Shown here piece by piece: positions 58,607 through 64,000 of a DNA stretch of 64,000 bases. Under the pieces are notes generated by a model. That model was not told the origin of the DNA and did not search any database. It was given only the letters and a program-made list of their open reading frames with translations. A program made the position numbers and the translations under genes. Within the stretch, counting starts at the first letter, position 1. Each line of letters starts with the position of its first letter. This DNA is from an uncultured Pseudohongiella sp. (GTDB lineage: Bacteria; Pseudomonadota; Gammaproteobacteria; Pseudomonadales; Pseudohongiellaceae), in assembly GCA_902591495.1 (NCBI GenBank), contig CACJAW010000003.1, positions 21,500-85,499 on the forward strand, read 5' to 3'.

Positions 58607-58696
58607 AACTTAAAGCATAGCTAATGCTAATTTTCAGGAAGTATATGTGGTTTTTACTGATTCAGCTAGAAATCAGATCTAGTAAAATTAGGCATA

Positions 58697-59080
58697 TCAG
58701 AGAGCTAAAATTGCTTCGACCTCTACTAAAGCAGATTTTGGTAAAGCGCTAACTTCAATGGTCGCTCTCGCGGGATATGGCTCGATAAAATAACTTGCCA
58801 TAATCTCATTTACGATCGCGAAAGCGCTTAAATCAGTCAGATAAATGGTAAGTTTAACAATATCGTTTAAGCCTCCACCACTAGCTTCAGCGACTGATTG
58901 GAGATTCTTAAAAACCTGGTGAGTTTGTTCCGCTAAGTCGGTTCCAATTAGTTCCGTTGCCCCAGGAACCAGCGGTATTTGTCCTGACATAAAAACTAGC
59001 GAGTCTTTTTTTATGGCTTGGGAGTAGGGACCAATCGCTTGTGGCGCATTGGGTGTCTTTATAGGAAGTTTATTAGACAT
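58697..59080 (-). CDS. ridA: RidA family reactive enamine/imine deaminase
   Basis: 127 aa of the YjgF/YER057c/UK114 family (APQAIGPYSQA..., C-terminal ARATIEV..LP..ALVEVEA). Confidence 0.88.
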   Translation of the reverse strand: MSNKLPIKTPNAPQAIGPYSQAIKKDSLVFMSGQIPLVPGATELIGTDLAEQTHQVFKNLQSVAEASGGGLNDIVKLTIYLTDLSAFAIVNEIMASYFIEPYPARATIEVSALPKSALVEVEAILAL

Positions 59081-61272
59081 TAGTGGCTACCTAGCTGTGT
59101 TTTGATGACTTTGCGAACTTTGCGACTTTTTACCCTAGTTACTTTACTTACCGCCTTAATCAATCTCACTCGTCTCATGACCCTGGCGAGATGCACGCGA
59201 TTTCGGATATTCAATGATAAATTGACAATACTGAACCTAGCATCCCTCTCGACAGTGCTTATCTTCTCGATGTTGGCTTCGACGCCAGTAATAGTGGTAG
59301 CAAGGGTTGCGATAATGCCTCTTTGGTTTTCTAGTTCGACTCTAAACTCTACAGAGAACTCACCCTCTACATTAGGATCCCAAGTTACTGAAACACACTT
59401 ATCCGGATTGTCCTGGATTTCAGCGATATTTATGCAGTCCTCTGTGTGAATTACCATGCCTCGCCCGGAACTTATGTGACCAACAATCGGATCTCCTGGG
59501 ATTGGGTGACAGCATTTAGCATAATTCATGACCATGCCCTCAGAACCAAGGATTGCAAAAGTATTAGCAGTCTCTTTTGTGCTATTTCTATTCTCGAGTC
59601 CTTTGCTATTAGAATGACTGCCAGCCGAAAGACGCTGAGCGATCATGTAAGCCATACGGTTACCTAAACCGATCTCCTCTAAGAGTTGGTCTAAGCTTTG
59701 TAAGTTGAATTGCTGCAATAAGCTATCGACATTAGATTTAGGTACAGAATCTATATGGTTTTCAAAGTTTGCTAAAGCTTTGTTGAGTAAACGTTTACCT
59801 AACGCGATTGATTCGGAAAATTTCTGATTTTTTAAGTAGTGACGTATATTACTCCTGGCTTTGCCTGTTATCACAAAGCTTAACCAAGCTGGATTAGGTT
59901 GTGTTCCAGGTGCTGTGATAATTTCAACTGTCTGACCACTTTGCAAAGGTTCACTTAGTGGCGCTAGCCGTCTACTAATCCTGCATGCTACGCAAGAATT
60001 CCCTACATCAGTATGAATTGCATAGGCAAAATCGACGGCTGTAGAACCTGTCGGAAGCTCAAAAATCTGACCTTTTGGTGTAAAGATATAAATTTCGTCT
60101 GGGAACAAATCTATTTTAACATTCTCAATGAACTCCAGAGAATTGCCCGCATGTTTCTGCATTTCCAGCAGACCATTAACCCATTCTCTTGCTCGAATCT
60201 GAGCATTGCTTGGCAAATCATCGCTAGACTTATAAAGCCAGTGAGAAGCGATGCCATTGTTTGCCATAGCCTCCATCTCTTCCGTTCGGATTTGAATTTC
60301 AATCGGTACTCCGTGCATTCCAAACAATGTTGTGTGCAGTGATTGATATCCATTAGCCTTAGGAATCGCGATGTAATCTTTAAAACGCCCTGGCACTGGC
60401 TTATATAAACTGTGAACCGCGCCCAGAACTCGATAACATGTGTCTACTCGGTCAACAATTATTCGAAAAGCGTATACGTCCATGATCTCTGAAAAGGACT
60501 TTCGCTTGCTCCTCATTTTTTCATAAATACTATAAAGGTGTTTTTCCCTTCCAATGGTTCTCCCTGGCAGGAGCTCTCTCTCGAGGCACGCTTCCAGTGA
60601 AGTTTGAATCTGACTGACTATTTCTTTCCTATTACCTCTTATTTTCTTTACTTCAGCGCTTATCCTTTTCGCTCGCATTGGATAAAGTGCTGCAAATCCC
60701 AGTTCTTCAAATTCAATTCGCACATTATTCATACCAAGTCTGTTGGCGATAGGCGCATAGATATCTAATGTCTCTCTGGCGATTCTTCGTCTTTTAATTG
60801 CGTTCAGAACGCCGAGGGTTCTCATATTATGAAGACGATCAGCAATTTTGACCATTATCACACGGAGATCTTTAGCCATAGCCATAGCCATTTTCTGAAA
60901 ATTTTCAGCCTGTGCTTCGGCCCGAGAGCTAAACGTAATTTTGTTGAGTTTGCTAACCCCGTCTACGAGGTCCGCAACAGTGTTTCCGAATTGATTTTTA
61001 ATGGCTGTCTTTGTTATGCCGGTATCTTCGATGACATCGTGCAACATGGCGGCCATCAAACTTTGATGATCCATGTGCATTTCGCTCAGAATTAGCGCTA
61101 CAGCTAACGGATGACTCACGTAAGGATCGCCGCTGTGTCTATACTGCCCGTCGTGAGCCTGCTCTGCGTAAAAATAAGCGCGACGAACGCTGTTCACCTG
61201 CTCTTTAGCAAGATAACTTAAGAGCCCAGCGCTGAGGGAATTGATTGAGCCTTTGTCTGGTAACGATCGCAA
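59080..61272 (-). CDS. spoT: Bifunctional (p)ppGpp synthetase/hydrolase
   Basis: 730 aa with an intact HD hydrolase motif (HDVIEDT), a RelA/SpoT synthetase domain, and TGS and ACT regions. Located in the rpoZ-spoT operon context. Confidence 0.92.
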   Translation of the reverse strand: MRSLPDKGSINSLSAGLLSYLAKEQVNSVRRAYFYAEQAHDGQYRHSGDPYVSHPLAVALILSEMHMDHQSLMAAMLHDVIEDTGITKTAIKNQFGNTVADLVDGVSKLNKITFSSRAEAQAENFQKMAMAMAKDLRVIMVKIADRLHNMRTLGVLNAIKRRRIARETLDIYAPIANRLGMNNVRIEFEELGFAALYPMRAKRISAEVKKIRGNRKEIVSQIQTSLEACLERELLPGRTIGREKHLYSIYEKMRSKRKSFSEIMDVYAFRIIVDRVDTCYRVLGAVHSLYKPVPGRFKDYIAIPKANGYQSLHTTLFGMHGVPIEIQIRTEEMEAMANNGIASHWLYKSSDDLPSNAQIRAREWVNGLLEMQKHAGNSLEFIENVKIDLFPDEIYIFTPKGQIFELPTGSTAVDFAYAIHTDVGNSCVACRISRRLAPLSEPLQSGQTVEIITAPGTQPNPAWLSFVITGKARSNIRHYLKNQKFSESIALGKRLLNKALANFENHIDSVPKSNVDSLLQQFNLQSLDQLLEEIGLGNRMAYMIAQRLSAGSHSNSKGLENRNSTKETANTFAILGSEGMVMNYAKCCHPIPGDPIVGHISSGRGMVIHTEDCINIAEIQDNPDKCVSVTWDPNVEGEFSVEFRVELENQRGIIATLATTITGVEANIEKISTVERDARFSIVNLSLNIRNRVHLARVMRRVRLIKAVSKVTRVKSRKVRKVIKTQLGSH

Positions 61273-61292
61273 TCTGTTTTACCACCATTCGA

Positions 61293-61586
61293 TTAAGACT
61301 CGGTTTTTTGAGGTTCTTCCTGTTGTGCGACTATTTGAGTTTCATCTAAAGAGTTATCCTTTAATTCCTCAATTTCGACGCTGGGCTTCTCGGTAAGAAT
61401 ACTAGCGTTGACTAGTCCGTCTGCAATCTCTCGGAGTGCAATCACTGTTGGTTTGTCGTTGTCTGCTTCAACCAACGGATCTTTTCCCCCCGCTTGAATC
61501 TGACGAGCCCTCTTACTCGAGACCATAACCAATTCGAACCTATTGTCTACATTATCAAGACAGTCTTCTACTGTGATTCTTGCCAT
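61293..61586 (-). CDS. rpoZ: DNA-directed RNA polymerase subunit omega
   Basis: 97 aa from [20 protein letters not shown]. The 150-aa track ORF is an N-terminal extension. Confidence 0.94.
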   Translation of the reverse strand: MARITVEDCLDNVDNRFELVMVSSKRARQIQAGGKDPLVEADNDKPTVIALREIADGLVNASILTEKPSVEIEELKDNSLDETQIVAQQEEPQKTES

Positions 61587-61751
61587 TTTTGTGCCTAAGA
61601 TAGTTCTATGAACTATGGTTTTTTTACATGAAAAAAAGCAGAGCGTATGTGAAATCATATTTTTCGCTCCAACTAAACTGGGTAAATTCCAGAGAGGGCG
61701 AAATTTTACCGATTTTTGGACGAAAATCCACCTATACTCAAGCAATAACCC

Positions 61752-62381
61752 TCAAGTAAACTGCTCTTCTTTGGTCAAATCTGCCATCAAATTTGCAAGA
61801 TTTAACTTTTGAGTTTGTACTTGAAGCTTTCGTGACCTAATTATTGCGACAATGTCTTCAACTGTTTCGTCAAATATATCATTAACCACAATATAGTTCG
61901 CATCTGTATAGTGCGAAATTACCTCTTTAGCTTGAGCCATGCGAACTTCAATAGTGACACTGTCATCTTGTTGCCGCTTATATAGGCGGTCGGTTAATTC
62001 CTTAAGAGATGGAGGCAAAATAAATATAGAACAAGCTTTTTTAAATAAAGATTTTACTTGTTCGGCTCCCTGCCAATCTATTTCCAGAATTACATCATTG
62101 CCCTGTTCAAATTCTTTGTGTACACATGACTTGGAAGTCCCATATTTGTGCCCATAAACTTCTGCAACTTCAAGAAAGTCTTTATTGGAACTCATTTTTT
62201 GGAATGTGCTCTCATCCACAAAGTGGTAATTTTGACCATTTATTTCGCTAGGCCGGATTGGTCTTGTTGTATATGATACAGAAACAGAGAGACTCGGAAT
62301 TCGTTTTAGAATCTCCTTTACTAAAGTGGTTTTACCTGCTCCTGAGGGAGCGGTTATAATGAAGAGAATTCCTTGGTTCAT
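61752..62381 (-). CDS. gmk: Guanylate kinase
   Basis: 209 aa with a P-loop APSGAGKTT and YHFV. Confidence 0.94.
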   Translation of the reverse strand: MNQGILFIITAPSGAGKTTLVKEILKRIPSLSVSVSYTTRPIRPSEINGQNYHFVDESTFQKMSSNKDFLEVAEVYGHKYGTSKSCVHKEFEQGNDVILEIDWQGAEQVKSLFKKACSIFILPPSLKELTDRLYKRQQDDSVTIEVRMAQAKEVISHYTDANYIVVNDIFDETVEDIVAIIRSRKLQVQTQKLNLANLMADLTKEEQFT

Positions 62382-63248
62382 TTATTCAATGTTTTGAATT
62401 TGTTCCCGCATTTGTTCAATCAGAACCTTAAGCTCGACGGCATTTTGTGTGGTCTCTACAACAATTGATTTAGAGGAAAGTGTATTTGCTTCTCTATTCA
62501 ACTCCTGCATTAAAAAATCCAATCTTCTGCCTATCTGCCCGCTCGAATCTAATACTCTTTTAACCTCTTGTAAATGAGAATTTAGCCGATCCAATTCTTC
62601 GTCTACATCGGCCTTTTGGGCAAGCAACGTTACTTCTTGCTCTAACCTTGTCGGCTCAAATTCTGCTTTTAGTTCTTCCAATTTATTAAGCAAATTTTCC
62701 TTTTGTTTCAGAATTATAGAAGGCATCTTTGCTTGTATAGAATCTATAATACCTTGTATCGATGCAATCCGCTTTAATATCATATCCCTGAGGGCCGCAC
62801 CTTCCCTTTCGCGAACAACCATGAGATCGTCTAACGCTTTTTCGAAAAGCCCCAAAGCTTCCTTATTGAATAGCTCCTCGTCAATGGATTGATCACTAAT
62901 CACTCCAGGCCATTTTAAAATATCCAAACTACTCAGTTGATAATCACCCCCGATATTATTGTTAATTTCCGAATTTGCTTTATTTAGTTGAGAAATTAAA
63001 TCTAAGTTCAATTGCCAATCTATTTGATTTGCCTCTACCGCTCGAAGTTTCAGCTGACATTCTATTTTTCCTCGATAAAGCTTATCTCTCAACTGCTTTC
63101 GGATAGGATTTTCTAGACTACGGAAATTCTCTGGCAGCCGAATGCTCGGTTCTAAGTAACGGTGGTTGACTGAGCGAACCTCCCAAGTAAGTGAGCCCCA
63201 TTCGCGTTCAAGCTGCTGCCTGGAGAAAGCTGTCATGCTATGTACCAC
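62382..63248 (-). CDS. yicC: YicC family stress-induced protein
   Basis: 288 aa with an N-terminal SMTAFSR and a C-terminal ELNREANTLSSKS motif. It abuts gmk with no gap. Confidence 0.88.
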   Translation of the reverse strand: MVHSMTAFSRQQLEREWGSLTWEVRSVNHRYLEPSIRLPENFRSLENPIRKQLRDKLYRGKIECQLKLRAVEANQIDWQLNLDLISQLNKANSEINNNIGGDYQLSSLDILKWPGVISDQSIDEELFNKEALGLFEKALDDLMVVREREGAALRDMILKRIASIQGIIDSIQAKMPSIILKQKENLLNKLEELKAEFEPTRLEQEVTLLAQKADVDEELDRLNSHLQEVKRVLDSSGQIGRRLDFLMQELNREANTLSSKSIVVETTQNAVELKVLIEQMREQIQNIE

Positions 63249-63401
63249 GATTTTTCCCTCTAATTTTTTAAAAGCATATTAACTCAATAAGGGCCATTTT
63301 GGTAAAAAGCTTTATCTAAGCGCAGCTCGTAACTTGCGGGAAATTAGAGGATAATTTAAATATAGTTTATAGAGAAGCCCTTAATTGAGGCAGGAAAAAT
63401 A

Positions 63402-64000
63402 ATGAGGTTAGGTGGTCGTAAAAACGGGGAGCTGAGAGAAATTTCAATTACCAGGGGATACACTAAGTATGCTGAGGGTTCTGTTCTTATTGAATTTGGT
63501 GATACCAAGGTCTTGTGTAATGCGTCTGTCGAAGATTCTGTTCCCCGATTTCTTAAGGGTAAGGGGCAAGGTTGGGTGACTGCTGAGTATGGCATGATTC
63601 CGCGTTCGACTAACAGTAGGATGGAGCGCGAAGCGACGAGATCACAAAGAGCAGCTAGAAGTATAGAAATACAAAGACTGATAGGGCGATCTTTGCGTGC
63701 AGTTGTCGACCTGAAGAAGTTGGGTGAACGAACAATCAAGATTGATTGTGATGTATTGCAAGCGGATGGCGGTACACGCACAGCTTCAATAACTGGAGCA
63801 TGCATAGCGGTAGTTGATGCTATATCTCATATTCTGGAGGAAAAAGTGTTAACCGAATCACCATTAAAGCAATTAGTCGCTTCCGTATCCGCTGGACTTG
63901 TTAATGGGCAAATAGTACTTGATCTGGACTATCTAGAAGATTCCAATGCAGAGACGGATATGAATTTTGTTATGACTGAATCTGGCAAATATATTGAAAT
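63402..64000 (+). CDS. rph: Ribonuclease PH (3' end beyond the window)
   Basis: My own translation gives [43 protein letters not shown] ... [17 protein letters not shown]. It is absent from the ORF track because no stop is reached. The track's 63356-63805 minus ORF is its antisense shadow. Confidence 0.93.
   Translation, partial: MRLGGRKNGELREISITRGYTKYAEGSVLIEFGDTKVLCNASVEDSVPRFLKGKGQGWVTAEYGMIPRSTNSRMEREATRSQRAARSIEIQRLIGRSLRAVVDLKKLGERTIKIDCDVLQADGGTRTASITGACIAVVDAISHILEEKVLTESPLKQLVASVSAGLVNGQIVLDLDYLEDSNAETDMNFVMTESGKYIE

Noticed and set aside
61587-61745. N-terminal extension of the rpoZ ORF. Similar upstream extensions exist for rpmH (19034), yidD (19610), atpD (33034), uvrD (54160) and the TRAP binding protein (51962).
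   Set aside because: The conserved N-termini begin at internal ATGs, some with better Shine-Dalgarno spacing. The extensions are non-conserved or overlap neighbouring genes.
63356-63805. 149-aa minus-strand ORF at the right end
   Set aside because: The plus strand here encodes an unmistakable RNase PH N-terminus that the track missed because it runs off the window. The minus ORF is its shadow.

Overview
The window covers the chromosomal replication-origin neighbourhood of a moderately AT-rich gammaproteobacterium. From memory, gene order resembles the Pseudomonas/Oceanospirillales-type origin. On the minus strand are dnaA-dnaN-recF-gyrB. Diverging from them on the plus strand are rpmH-rnpA-yidD-yidC-mnmE-mnmG-rsmG-parA-parB, the complete atpIBEFHAGDC operon, and glmU-glmS. 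Left of gyrB are gmhB, glyS, glyQ, a lipid A acyltransferase, trkH, trkA, rsmB, fmt, def, purE, tsaC and hemF. The right end holds uvrD, gcdH, ubiA, recG-ridA-spoT-rpoZ-gmk, yicC and the 5' part of rph. The only accessory-looking stretch is about 38.2-51.9 kb, directly downstream of glmS. It contains a GFA-family gene followed by a diverged relic of the same glmS-tail/GFA-start junction. It also contains small membrane proteins, an SDR, a NUP-family protein, and a cytochrome c plus PQQ dehydrogenase pair whose active site reads DYD, the lanthanide-type signature. A HexR-like RpiR regulator, several DUF proteins, yaaA and a TRAP transporter complete the stretch. Regulatory signals read directly from the sequence are DnaA boxes in the dnaA-rpmH spacer, two parS sites inside recF, two near-consensus sigma70 promoters and two rho-independent terminators. 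I found no tRNA, rRNA, CRISPR array, transposase, integrase or recognisable defence system. I cannot honestly claim a clearly novel multi-gene system here. The best leads are the glmS-downstream junction relic and the putative lanthanide-type PQQ dehydrogenase module. All homology calls come from motif recognition by eye, not from searches.
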